The notes beneath the pieces are model-generated. The model ran no database searches. It was not told the DNA's origin and saw only the letters and a list, made by a program, of their open reading frames with translations. From Candidatus Altimarinota bacterium (GTDB lineage: Bacteria > Patescibacteriota > Gracilibacteria > UBA4473), in NCBI GenBank assembly GCA_020631075.1, contig JAHDHX010000006.1, positions 42,243-106,242 on the forward strand: a stretch of DNA of 64,000 nt. Direction: 5' to 3'. Below are positions 28,430 to 37,505 of the stretch, one piece after another. The position numbers and the translations under genes were made by a program. Numbering within the stretch: the first letter of the stretch is position 1; the number at the start of each line of letters is the position of its first letter.

Positions 28430-29518
28430 TTGCCCATGACCACCTACGCTGACACAGGCGTCGACATCGCCGCAGGCGACCGCGCCAGCGCCGCCGCCTA
28501 CGCCGCCGCTCGGGCCACCTTCACCACCCGCCAGGGCCTCACAGGCACCGCCGCCGCTCTGGCAGGGGGCTACAGCGGCCTCATTGACATGGGTGACTAT
28601 TACCTCGTGCAAAACGACGACGGCGTCGGCACCAAAGCTAAAATCGCCCAAGCCACAGGGCACTACACCACCCTCGGCCACGACCTGCTCGCCATGGTGG
28701 TCGACGACGCCATCTGCATGGGCGCCGAAACCATCTCCATGACCAACACCATCGACGTCCACACCGTCGAGCACCCCGTGGTTGAGGGTCTCATGCACGG
28801 CCTCTCTGAAGCCTGCCAAGCCCAACGGGTGATAATCACTGGCGGCGAGATCGCCGAGCTCGGCGACATGGTTGATAATTTCACTTGGAACGCCTCCGCC
28901 CTCGGCATCGTAGCGAAAGACCGCGTCATCACTGGCCAGACCGTCAAGCCCCAGCAGAGCATCATCGCCCTTGGTTCGGCCATGTGGCGCTCCAATGGCT
29001 TCTCGCTCGTCCGCGGCATCTTGACAGACCTCTACGGCAGCGACTGGCATGACCGCCCCTGCCTCGACGGCACCCACACCTGGGGCGAAATCACCCTCAC
29101 GCCCTCACGCATCTTCAGCGCCTGCCTGCTTGACATGCTCGGCCGCCACGGCCAGCCTCGCCCCATCGCCATCGACGGCCTCGCCCACATCACGGGCGGC
29201 GGCATCACCAACCTCTTCCGCATTTTGAAGCACACCCAGCTCGGCGCCATCATCGACCAGCCCATCGCGCCCCCCGCCCCCATGCAAGAGCTCCAGCGGC
29301 TCGGCGCCGTCACCGACCGCGAAGCCTACACCGTCTGGAATATGGGCCTCGGGATGCTCCTCATCTCCGACCACCCCGACGACATCTTGGCCGTCGCCCA
29401 GCAGCACGCCATCCCCGCCCAAGTCATTGGCCACACCACCGCGGCCCACAGCACCATCCAGCTCACCTCCGCTGGGGTCGAGTCCCCGGGCCAGGTGCTC
29501 ACCTTCACCCATGCCTAA
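28430..29518 (+). CDS. purM: phosphoribosylformylglycinamidine cyclo-ligase (AIR synthetase)
   Basis: YADTGVDIAAGD, DDGVGTKAKIA and GGEIAE motifs. Confidence 0.9.
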   Translation: MPMTTYADTGVDIAAGDRASAAAYAAARATFTTRQGLTGTAAALAGGYSGLIDMGDYYLVQNDDGVGTKAKIAQATGHYTTLGHDLLAMVVDDAICMGAETISMTNTIDVHTVEHPVVEGLMHGLSEACQAQRVIITGGEIAELGDMVDNFTWNASALGIVAKDRVITGQTVKPQQSIIALGSAMWRSNGFSLVRGILTDLYGSDWHDRPCLDGTHTWGEITLTPSRIFSACLLDMLGRHGQPRPIAIDGLAHITGGGITNLFRILKHTQLGAIIDQPIAPPAPMQELQRLGAVTDREAYTVWNMGLGMLLISDHPDDILAVAQQHAIPAQVIGHTTAAHSTIQLTSAGVESPGQVLTFTHA

Positions 29519-30128
29519 CCCTCGCCCACTGCGCGTCGCCGTGCTCGCCTCCACTCGGGCTACCACCTGGGGGCTAATGCTCGACTCCCCACCCGCCAGT
29601 TCCCCCTGCCCTGTCGAATGGGTCGGCCTCCTGACAGACCGCCCCACCTGTGGCGCGGTCACTCGGGCGCGGTCTCACGGTGTCCCCGTGTTCCCCCACC
29701 CCCGCCAGGGCAGGTCTCGCACAGCCATCGACCAGCATATCCTCGACGACCTCACCCCCCTCCAGCCAGACATCATCCTGATGATCGGCTACATGCGGAT
29801 CGTCAGCCCACTGCTCACCAGTGCCTTTGCAGGCCGCCTGTGGAATGTCCACCCCTCACTCCTCCCCGCCCACGCAGGCGGCATGGACACCAACGTCCAC
29901 CAGCAAGTCCTCGACAGCGGCGACCCCGAGTCAGGCTGCACCGTGCACCTCGTCACCCCCGAGGTCGACGCTGGCCGTCACCTCGTGCAGCTGCGCTGCC
30001 CCGTGCTGTCGTCCGACACCCCCCAGTCACTCAAAGACCGCATCCAGCAACTCGAAGCCCAAGCCTTCTGGCAAGCCCTCACCCATCACACCACCAGCAC
30101 CCCCTCCAGCCAGTCCCCCACCGCATAA
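29511..30128 (+). CDS. purN: phosphoribosylglycinamide formyltransferase
   Basis: Track ORF trimmed to ATG 29511 ([14 protein letters not shown]), which overlaps the purM stop by 8 nt. Motifs [13 protein letters not shown] and [10 protein letters not shown]. Confidence 0.85.
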   Translation: MPNPRPLRVAVLASTRATTWGLMLDSPPASSPCPVEWVGLLTDRPTCGAVTRARSHGVPVFPHPRQGRSRTAIDQHILDDLTPLQPDIILMIGYMRIVSPLLTSAFAGRLWNVHPSLLPAHAGGMDTNVHQQVLDSGDPESGCTVHLVTPEVDAGRHLVQLRCPVLSSDTPQSLKDRIQQLEAQAFWQALTHHTTSTPSSQSPTA

Positions 30129-30596
30129 GCCACCCCCGCCGCCACCACCCCCAGTCCCACCGTTTGCACCATCGCCCGCCACAGGGCGATGCCTTCGGTG
30201 CGTGCTCGCAGCAGCCCGATCAGCCCCCAGCAACGTCAGCCCCACCACCAGACGGAAATCAGGCACCCCCCAGCCCCCCCACCACGCCAGCACATAGCCC
30301 GACACAGGCACCAGTCCCACCAGCACAAAAGCCCCAAGCGTCACCACTCCCGCAACCAGCGGCACTTTGTGGATGTCTCTGTCCGCCTGCACAGACAGAT
30401 AACTCCCTATCCCCATGCTCAGTCCATCCGCCAGCAAATTCGCCAGCCCAAGGATGAGTATCACCCGCGTCCCCAGCCCCGCCCCGACCGCCCCCGACAC
30501 CACCGCAAAGGTCGTCACCACACCGTCTATCCCCCCATACACCATCTCTCCGGTGTATTTCCGCCAGCCAGTCATTAGATTGTTCATCCCTCCCAT
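30086..30596 (-). pseudogene. VIT1/CCC1-family (iron/manganese transporter-like) gene interrupted by a 1-nt frameshift
   Basis: The 5' part (ATG 30596 or 30587) encodes [21 protein letters not shown]...[20 protein letters not shown]. After the C5 run at 30224-30228 the conserved C-terminus ([39 protein letters not shown], stop at 30086-30088) continues in the +1 frame. The 424-aa track ORF 30027..31301 is a composite artefact. Confidence 0.6.
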
Positions 30597-30740
30597 TGTG
30601 CCCGCCCCAGCCCAGTCGCCAACTCTCCCCGCGTCAGTTTTTTCACCCCTGCCCCAGTTTTCTCTTCCCCCCACAAAATACTTTCCCCACCCCCAAAAAC
30701 TCTTATACTCGCAATTATACCTCCTTTTCCCCACTCCCTC

Positions 30741-31979
30741 ATGTTCACCCTCACCCCCGCGCTCCAGTCCCCCCACCTGTGCCGCGTCCGCACCCTGACC
30801 AGCTTCATCACCCTCACCCCCGACAGCCACCAATGGCCAGACATCATCACCACCGCTGGCCAGCAGCTCGACACCCTCCGCCAGCAACTCACCACGCTTG
30901 GCTACACAGTGCAGACACTCCGCCTCGTCACCAATCCCTTCGGGCAATACCTCGACACCAGCACCGAAGCCAGCACGCTCCGCGCCTTGGCCCACATCCA
31001 GTCCATTCTGGAGTCCCCCACCATGCCCCAAACGGTCCGCATCCGCTTTGCCCTCGGGGCCGCCACCCCCGACACACTGCACCTCGTCCCCGCGCTCATC
31101 CAGCACTTTGGCGACTACGCTAATGTTTGCCTCAACGTCCCCGACACTGGCCACGCCGTGCCCGACTCCGCGCTCACCCAGCGCGCCGCCCAGATCATCC
31201 AAACCCTCAGTCAGTCCACCCCCCGCGGCGAAGGCAACTTCAATTTCACCGTCAACTACAACTGCCCCGAGTTCATCCCCTACTTCCCCGCCAGCTACCA
31301 TCTAGGGAGTGAGAGTCACAGTCTTGTCCTCGGGCTCGAGTCCACCGACCTCCTCTACCAAACCCTCCAGTGCCTCCCCCCAACACAAAGCACCAGCGCC
31401 CACTACCAGCTCGCCGCCCGGGCCCTCACCACCAGCCTCCAGCACCACGTCGACCAGCTCATCCCCACCGTCCAGTCCTTCTGCCACGCGCACGGCCTCA
31501 CCTTCCGCGGGCTCGACTCTTCCGCCGCCCCATCGCCTGACTGTCACTCCATCGTCGACCTCTACCAGTCACTCGGCGTCCCCCACTTCGGGGCCGCAGG
31601 CTCTTTGACCGTCAGCGCCCTCCTTACCCGCGTGTTCAAATCCCTCCAGCGTGTTCCCCTCGTCGGGTTCAGCGGGCTCATGCTCGCCGCCCTCGAAGAC
31701 CGCGGCCTCGCCCGTGACGCCGCCGCAGGGCACTACGACATCCGCACCTTCTTGGCCAACTCCGCCGTCTGCGGCATCGGGATCGACACGGTCCCCATCC
31801 CCGCCGACACCCCGCTTGACCGCCTCACCGCCATCATGCTCGACACCGGCACCCTCGCCTTCCGCCTCCGTAAACCCCTCACCGTCCGCCTTTTCCCCGC
31901 CGCGGGGCTAAGCGCTGGCCAGCTGACCCAGTTCCAGTCACCCGACCTCTGCAACTGTGGCGTCCTCGCCGTTGAGTAA
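30741..31979 (+). CDS. UPF0210/DUF711 family protein
   Basis: [25 protein letters not shown] and [19 protein letters not shown]...KPLTVRLFP match the DUF711 pattern. Confidence 0.7.
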   Translation: MFTLTPALQSPHLCRVRTLTSFITLTPDSHQWPDIITTAGQQLDTLRQQLTTLGYTVQTLRLVTNPFGQYLDTSTEASTLRALAHIQSILESPTMPQTVRIRFALGAATPDTLHLVPALIQHFGDYANVCLNVPDTGHAVPDSALTQRAAQIIQTLSQSTPRGEGNFNFTVNYNCPEFIPYFPASYHLGSESHSLVLGLESTDLLYQTLQCLPPTQSTSAHYQLAARALTTSLQHHVDQLIPTVQSFCHAHGLTFRGLDSSAAPSPDCHSIVDLYQSLGVPHFGAAGSLTVSALLTRVFKSLQRVPLVGFSGLMLAALEDRGLARDAAAGHYDIRTFLANSAVCGIGIDTVPIPADTPLDRLTAIMLDTGTLAFRLRKPLTVRLFPAAGLSAGQLTQFQSPDLCNCGVLAVE

Positions 31980-32005
31980 TCGAAAGCCCACAAAATATTC
32001 ACACC

Positions 32006-32036
32006 AAAAAAGCCCCTCATCCGAGGGGCCTTTTTT
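32006..32036. terminator. bidirectional intrinsic terminator between convergent genes
   Basis: A6-GCCCCTC-atcc-GAGGGGC-c-T6. Confidence 0.7.
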
Positions 32037-32055
32037 GTTTGAGAAATCTACCTCC

Positions 32056-32385
32056 CTAAAACGGCAAATCTTCAGGGCTCAGTTCTGGCTCAGTCTCCAG
32101 CGGCGCTGGGGTCGGGGCCGTGTCAGCAGCCGCCCCTTGCAGGCTCGGCGGCACCTGTTCTTCCCGCTGTTCGGGCTTCCACGTGTCTATCACCGCGTAG
32201 TGCGTCATACCCTTCGCACTCGGTTCCCGTCGCTCAAAAAAAGCCAAATTCACCCACCCCCGATCGAGGTGCTGCTGCATTGTTTTCAGGTCTTCCTCTG
32301 TGAAGGAATACTTCAAAATACCACCATACTGCGTCTGGATTTGTTTCCCCGTCCCGACATAGATTTTTTGTTTATCGTCCGCCAT
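32056..32385 (-). CDS. small protein (109 aa) with SSB-like acidic C-terminal tip (EDLPF)
   Basis: Compact N-terminal domain, then a Pro/Ala/Glu-rich linker. The C-terminus PEDLPF resembles the DDD(I/L)PF tip of bacterial SSB. Confidence 0.6.
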   Translation of the reverse strand: MADDKQKIYVGTGKQIQTQYGGILKYSFTEEDLKTMQQHLDRGWVNLAFFERREPSAKGMTHYAVIDTWKPEQREEQVPPSLQGAAADTAPTPAPLETEPELSPEDLPF

Positions 32386-32443
32386 AGTGCTGTAAGAGTT
32401 AAGAGAAGAGATAATTCACCCCCCACCCTAGCCACTCACCCAT

Positions 32444-35059
32444 TTGCCCGCAAGTCAACCCCGCTCTACACTCCCACACGTGAACCCCCTCCCCCACCTC
32501 CGACACCTTTGCTTGGGCCTGCTCGCCAGTGCCCTGCTGGTCGGGGCGTGGGTGTTTCCGCTACGACAGCAGCGCACCGCCCCCCCCATCACCCCTCCGT
32601 TCGAGTGCCTCAGCTACGACCCCAGCTTTCACATCCCCCACTTCGACCCCAAATCCAACGCCACCGTCCCCCCAGATTTGATCGCCCACGACCTTGATTT
32701 TTTGCAGCAGTTCACGCCCTGCATCCGCATCTACACCACTATGCGCGGGCTCGACGCCCTGCCCGCCCTCGCGGCGGAGCGCCGCCTCAGCGTCATCCTT
32801 GGCGTCTGGCTCGATGGTGAGTACCCAGACCGCAGCCAAGCCGACCTCGACCGAGCCATCCAGCTCGCCCAGCAGCACCCCGACACCATCACCAAAGTCA
32901 TCATCGGCAACGAAGTCCTCCTCTTCGACACCCTCGAAATCGACGATCTGCTCACCACCCTCCGCGAAGCCAAATCTCAGTTCACCCAGCCCCTCTCCTA
33001 CGCCGACGTCCCCAGTGAATGGATCGCCCATCCCCAGCTGTTTACCGTCGTGGACTACGTCACCCTCCACTCTTTTCCCTACTGGGACGGCGTCCCCCCC
33101 ACCCAGGCCGTCAACGCCCTGTTGAAGCAAAAACAAAACCTAGAAGAATTTTCAGGTCTCCCTGTCTTTTTGGGGGAGGTCGGCTGGCCATCGGAAGGAT
33201 TTTCTCGCGGGGTGGCGACGGCCACAGGGGTCGGCCAGGGCGAGTTCTTGCGCAACTTCCTCACCGAAGCCCATCGGCTCGACATCCGCTACAACCTCAT
33301 CGAAGCCTTCGACCAACCGTGGAAACTCTTCTCGCAGGAGGGCCGCACTGGGGCCCACTGGGGCCTTTTCACCCACACCCACCTGCCCAAGTTCCCCTTC
33401 ACGGGCCCCCTCTCCCCCCAGTCACCGCTGCCCTTGTCCGTGGTCATCACCCTCAGCCTCCTCACGTTTCTGTGGGGGCTCTGGTGGGCGCGGCCTTTGC
33501 ACTGTCACGGCCAGCTGTTTGTGCACCTCACGCTGCAGTCTCTGCTCTACGTCGCCTTGACGCTCACCCACACCCTCGTGACAGAGTACATGCTCCAGTC
33601 ATGGCTCGTCTGGGTCTGGGTCATCCCCCCACAGTTGTTTTTGTCCGTGGTCTACCTCGGCCTCGTGCGTGACGCCAGTCACATCATCGGTGATTATGTC
33701 CTCCAGCGCCCCACGCCCCCGCCCACCGACCAGCCAGCTGAATCAGCATTGCCCTTTGTCTCCATCCACGTCCCCTGCCGTGACGAACCCCCCCAGCAAG
33801 TCATCGCCACCCTCACCGCGCTCAGTCAGCTCGACTACCCCCACTTTGAGGTCCTCGCCCTTGACAATAATTCCACTCGCCCCCACCACTGGGCAGAAGT
33901 CACCACCGCCTGTGCCGCCCTCCCCCACGTCCAGTGCCACCAGGTCGCGTCCATTGAAGGCTTCAAAGCAGGCGCGTTGAATCACCTCCTCACCCTCACC
34001 GACCCTCGTGCCCAGCTCATCGCCGTCGTCGACGCTGACTATGTTGTTGCCCCCCAGTGGCTCTCGCTGGCCGTCCCCCATTTTCACGACTCCGCCACCG
34101 CCGTGGTGCAGTGCCCCCAGCGGCACCTGTTCGCCACTGATGATACCTTCCAGACCACCCTCCATGACGAACTCAACCTCTTCTTCGAGCTCGGCATGGT
34201 CCAGCGCGACGCGCCCAACTCCCTCATCCAGCACGGCACCATGACCCTCATCCGACGCTCCACCCTCCACGCCGTCGGTGACTGGGCCACGTGGTGCCTC
34301 TGCGAAGACGCCGACCTCGGCCTCCGTCTCCAGTCCGCTGGCCATCAGGTCATCTACTTGCACCAGTCACTCGGCCACGGCCTCCTCCCCGCCACCCCCA
34401 CCGCCTATGAGTCCCAACGCGCCCGCTGGGCCTACGGTGCCGTCACCATTTTGCAGCGTCACTGGCGCACCTTCTTCGGCTGGCGCTCCCCGCTCTCCCT
34501 CCGCCAACGCGCTGACTACGTCCTCGGCTGGCTCCCATGGCTGGGCGACGCCCTCTTTCCTATCTTCGCCGTCCTCGGGCTCATCGGCGTCCTCATCGCT
34601 CATATTAATGTCCGCTACCTCCCCCCCGTCCAGCTCTTCTACGGCCTACTTCTGTTTTGGGTCGTGCGCACCGTGGCAGGGCTGCTGACCACCCGCCGCC
34701 GCACCGCGCTCCCGTGGCCACGCCTGCTCAGGGCCCAGGTCTCCGCCGCCTCACTCACCTACGCCATCGCTCACGGGGTCTTCTTGGCCCTCAGCCGCCA
34801 GCCCTACGTTTTCCATGTCACCCAGAAGGGCCACTCCACCCACTCCACCCAGCCCACGCCGCCCACCGCCCCCCTCTGGCAGCGGATAGACCTCCAGATC
34901 GGCCTCACCACCCTCACCCTCAGCGCCCTCCTCCTACTTCGCTATGGCCCCGCCCATCTCGAAGTCCGCACTTGGTGCCTCGGCGTCATCGTCCTGTGCT
35001 TGCCCATGCTCGCTTCACTCTGGCTTGCCAAGATTGACAAGTTAAAATATGAGAATTAG
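32444..35059 (+). CDS. bifunctional glycoside hydrolase family 17-like / family 2 glycosyltransferase membrane protein (beta-glucan synthase-like, NdvB-type)
   Basis: The N-terminal half has VIIGNEVLL and FLGEVGWPSEG (GH17-like catalytic Glu motifs). The C-terminal half has VLALDNNS, VDADYVV, CEDADLGLRL and QSRARWAYG (GT2 D, DxD, ED, QxxRW), plus multiple TM helices. Confidence 0.8.
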   Translation: MPASQPRSTLPHVNPLPHLRHLCLGLLASALLVGAWVFPLRQQRTAPPITPPFECLSYDPSFHIPHFDPKSNATVPPDLIAHDLDFLQQFTPCIRIYTTMRGLDALPALAAERRLSVILGVWLDGEYPDRSQADLDRAIQLAQQHPDTITKVIIGNEVLLFDTLEIDDLLTTLREAKSQFTQPLSYADVPSEWIAHPQLFTVVDYVTLHSFPYWDGVPPTQAVNALLKQKQNLEEFSGLPVFLGEVGWPSEGFSRGVATATGVGQGEFLRNFLTEAHRLDIRYNLIEAFDQPWKLFSQEGRTGAHWGLFTHTHLPKFPFTGPLSPQSPLPLSVVITLSLLTFLWGLWWARPLHCHGQLFVHLTLQSLLYVALTLTHTLVTEYMLQSWLVWVWVIPPQLFLSVVYLGLVRDASHIIGDYVLQRPTPPPTDQPAESALPFVSIHVPCRDEPPQQVIATLTALSQLDYPHFEVLALDNNSTRPHHWAEVTTACAALPHVQCHQVASIEGFKAGALNHLLTLTDPRAQLIAVVDADYVVAPQWLSLAVPHFHDSATAVVQCPQRHLFATDDTFQTTLHDELNLFFELGMVQRDAPNSLIQHGTMTLIRRSTLHAVGDWATWCLCEDADLGLRLQSAGHQVIYLHQSLGHGLLPATPTAYESQRARWAYGAVTILQRHWRTFFGWRSPLSLRQRADYVLGWLPWLGDALFPIFAVLGLIGVLIAHINVRYLPPVQLFYGLLLFWVVRTVAGLLTTRRRTALPWPRLLRAQVSAASLTYAIAHGVFLALSRQPYVFHVTQKGHSTHSTQPTPPTAPLWQRIDLQIGLTTLTLSALLLLRYGPAHLEVRTWCLGVIVLCLPMLASLWLAKIDKLKYEN

Positions 35060-35068
35060 AAATAGATT

Positions 35069-35563
35069 ATGAGCCTCAGCGCTATCAAAGATCTCCAGTC
35101 TTGGTACCACACCAGCCAGAAGAGACTCAACTGGCACCTTTCCCAGCTCCAAGAACCACAAATCCACACCCCACTCACCCCCAAAGGGAACTCTATCGCC
35201 GTCCTCGTGCAGCACATCTGTGGCAATCTTCAGCAATACATTTGCCACGGTGTGAATGTTGACGAGGACATCCGCGATCGAACGGCCGAATTCCAAGATC
35301 AAAACTTCACTCTCTCACAACTTAGAGCATTGCTTCACACTACCACCACTCAGGTCGACGAAATTCTCGCCAACCTCCAAGAGCACCAACTGACTGAAGA
35401 ACGCAAAATCCAAAATATGCCATTTACAGTCCAAAAGGCTATCATCCACAGCCTCACCCATTTTTGTGGCCACGTCGAGCAAATCGTCCTGATCAGCAAC
35501 ATCCTCACCCAAAACCAAATTTCATACTATCGCCCTCTAGGTCTCGACATCCACCACCCTTAA
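35069..35563 (+). CDS. DinB/YfiT-like (DUF1572-type) putative metal-dependent protein
   Basis: NSIAVLVQHICGNLQQYICH and HSLTHFCGHVEQIVLI give a His-rich four-helix pattern. 164 aa. Confidence 0.6.
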   Translation: MSLSAIKDLQSWYHTSQKRLNWHLSQLQEPQIHTPLTPKGNSIAVLVQHICGNLQQYICHGVNVDEDIRDRTAEFQDQNFTLSQLRALLHTTTTQVDEILANLQEHQLTEERKIQNMPFTVQKAIIHSLTHFCGHVEQIVLISNILTQNQISYYRPLGLDIHHP

Positions 35564-35749
35564 GGAAACACTAATAAACTCAAAAGGAGGTGAAAACAAT
35601 TGAGAAAAAGTCGCCATCAAAAAAGGATCTTTGGGGTGCTTTTTCACTCCAGAACCGTCACGGGGTCGAGAGACCCCGTGAGAACCTGTCGCAAAAAATC
35701 TTCCCCAAATTCCTCTTTTTGTGATCAGCGAGAGTGTATCAGTGTTTCC
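35564..35749 (-). mobile_element. MITE-like imperfect-palindrome element, copy 3 (inverted relative to copies 1 and 2)
   Basis: TIRs GGAAACACTAATA / TATCAGTGTTTCC. The interior equals the reverse complement of copy 1. Flanked by TAA (the stop of the DinB-like gene) and TTAA. Confidence 0.75.
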
Positions 35750-35762
35750 TTAAACATCCTCC

Positions 35763-36644
35763 TTAAACAACCCCCCGCACCCGCTGGTCATGCGCCTCCA
35801 TCGGCACATCTGTCCGCACCGCCCACTCGGGCAGCACACACACCGTCATCACCGCAGGGGGCAGCTCAGTCAGCCATCGGTCATAGTACCCCCCTCCCCG
35901 CCCCAGCCTCGCGCCGTCTGGGGTGGCGGCCACCGCTGGCACCAGTACCAGGTCATTCTCACTCGGCTCCCCCACTCGCTCCGCCGTGCTCGGTGGTTCC
36001 AGCAGCCCATAGCTACCAGGCTCCAGCTGCCCTATTTCGCATTCTCCCCATTTGAGTACTTTTCCCGCCACCCGCGGCCACACCCAGCGCACATCACCCA
36101 GCTCCTGCGCTATCTGCCGCCGCACGTCCAGCTCGTCGGCCCGCGGCGCATACGCCCACACTCGGTCATATTCCCGCAGGTTCACCCGCGCCGTCAGCCG
36201 CGCATACGCTTCTTGCTCCAGAGCTTGCTTTTCCTCGGGGCTCACCACCGCCCAGCGGGCCGCGACCTGTCGGCGCAGCCACCCCTTGCGCCCCTGCACT
36301 ATGTCCCGCTCTATCTGCGTGTACAGCACATCCCCATTGGGGAATTTCTTCACCCCCCGCAGCCAGCCCTCCACCCGCACCTTGACCTCTTGGCCATATA
36401 TCACCCGCGCAAAATCCAAAATATGCACCTCCACCGTCTGCGCCTCGTCGAAAGTCAACCGCCGCCCACAGTGGAGCACTCCGCCATATTGCTGGCGTTC
36501 GTGGGTGACCGTCACGTCATACACCCCCTCTCGCAGGTCAGGCCGCTGCCCCAGTTCAAACCCGAGGTTCGCCGTCGCCACCCCAAATTTCTCCCCCACG
36601 TTCGCCCCCGCTATCACCCGCCCGACAAATTCCACCCCCTTCAT
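35763..36644 (-). CDS. riboflavin kinase domain fused to 5-formyltetrahydrofolate cyclo-ligase domain
   Basis: The N-terminal ~115 aa have GRVIAGANVGEKFGVATANL...VEVHILDFARVIYGQEVKVRVEGWLRGVKKF (flavokinase pattern). The C-terminal part has LVLVPAVAATPDGARLGRGGGYYDRWL (MTHFS GGGYYDR motif). Confidence 0.75.
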   Translation of the reverse strand: MKGVEFVGRVIAGANVGEKFGVATANLGFELGQRPDLREGVYDVTVTHERQQYGGVLHCGRRLTFDEAQTVEVHILDFARVIYGQEVKVRVEGWLRGVKKFPNGDVLYTQIERDIVQGRKGWLRRQVAARWAVVSPEEKQALEQEAYARLTARVNLREYDRVWAYAPRADELDVRRQIAQELGDVRWVWPRVAGKVLKWGECEIGQLEPGSYGLLEPPSTAERVGEPSENDLVLVPAVAATPDGARLGRGGGYYDRWLTELPPAVMTVCVLPEWAVRTDVPMEAHDQRVRGVV

Positions 36645-36766
36645 AGCCCTTGCTGACTCAGCGTTTCAGTCATCGGCAGCGCTCCTTCCTTCGCTTCCGC
36701 CACCAGCCAAAACCCCACCGTCAGCACCACCGCCATCCCGCCCAAGATCAACAACTTCGTGTCCAT
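36641..36766 (-). CDS. possible 41-aa single-TM micro-protein translationally coupled to the downstream fusion gene
   Basis: Hand translation gives MDTKLLILGGMAVVLTVGFWLVAEAKEGALPMTETLSQQGL. Its TGA overlaps the ATG of 35763..36644 (ATGA). Below the size cut-off of the ORF track. Confidence 0.3.
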   Translation of the reverse strand: MDTKLLILGGMAVVLTVGFWLVAEAKEGALPMTETLSQQGL

Positions 36767-36783
36767 AGTTTTTTTAAAAATTT

Positions 36784-37434
36784 TTAAGAAGAAAACTCTC
36801 CCGCATACCCCGCAGGGTCAGCCTGAAACCGCTCCAGCTTGGCCGCTTGCGCCGCTGTCACTTGTCTTGCATTTTGCAGCGCGGCCACTATCTCGGCAAA
36901 ATCCGCATAGACCGTCAGCGAGAGTCCCGCCTCAGCTAGGTTTTCCGCCGACCCCGCCGCCCCCCAGGTAAAGACCCCCAGCACATCACGCACCGCCACC
37001 CCCAGTTCCCCGCGCAGCGCTTCAGCAGACCGCACCACCGACCCCCCCGTCGAGATCGCATCTTCCACCACCAGCACCCGCTCCCCCGCGTCACAGCGCC
37101 CTTCCACCATTTTCCCCGCCCCGTGGCCTTTGGGCTTCGACCGCACATACAGCATCGGCAGCTGGAGTCGGTCCGCCACCCACGCCGCCCAAGGGATCCC
37201 CGCCGTCGCCGTCCCCGCGATCACCGTCGGTGGCTCAGGCAGCGCCGCTATGGTGGCCAGCATCCGCTCCAGCACGAATTCCCGCACCTTCGGCAGGCTG
37301 ATCAGCTCCCGACAATCACAATAAATCGGACTCCGCACCCCACTCGTCCAGGTGAAGCCCGATTCAAAGTCGGTCCGCACCACCCCCGCGTTTACTAGTG
37401 CCTGCGCTATCTCCTGCATAGAGGCTTTTTTCAA
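36784..37434 (-). CDS. pyrE: orotate phosphoribosyltransferase
   Basis: PRPP motif VLVVEDAISTGGS, plus SPIYCDCR. The start is either TTG 37434 or ATG 37419. Confidence 0.9.
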   Translation of the reverse strand: MKKASMQEIAQALVNAGVVRTDFESGFTWTSGVRSPIYCDCRELISLPKVREFVLERMLATIAALPEPPTVIAGTATAGIPWAAWVADRLQLPMLYVRSKPKGHGAGKMVEGRCDAGERVLVVEDAISTGGSVVRSAEALRGELGVAVRDVLGVFTWGAAGSAENLAEAGLSLTVYADFAEIVAALQNARQVTAAQAAKLERFQADPAGYAGEFSS

Positions 37435-37505
37435 AAATTTTCAACGCCCAATCTAGCCCCCCTTTCCCTTGCGTCCAGCCCATTCCTGGCAAATAATCCC
37501 CTCCC

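Noticed and set aside
30224-30228. Short C/G homopolymers (here and at 48686..48691) as phase-variation switches.
   Set aside because: Runs of 5-6 nt are shorter than typical contingency-locus tracts. The affected genes are housekeeping-type. An assembly homopolymer error or a simple pseudogene is more parsimonious, so these are reported as frameshifts only.
30027-31301. 424-aa - strand ORF.
   Set aside because: It is a composite. Only residues from about M236 look like a real VIT1-like protein. The N-terminal part is antisense to the DUF711 gene. The C-terminal tail is antisense to purN and replaces the conserved C-terminus, which lies in another frame.
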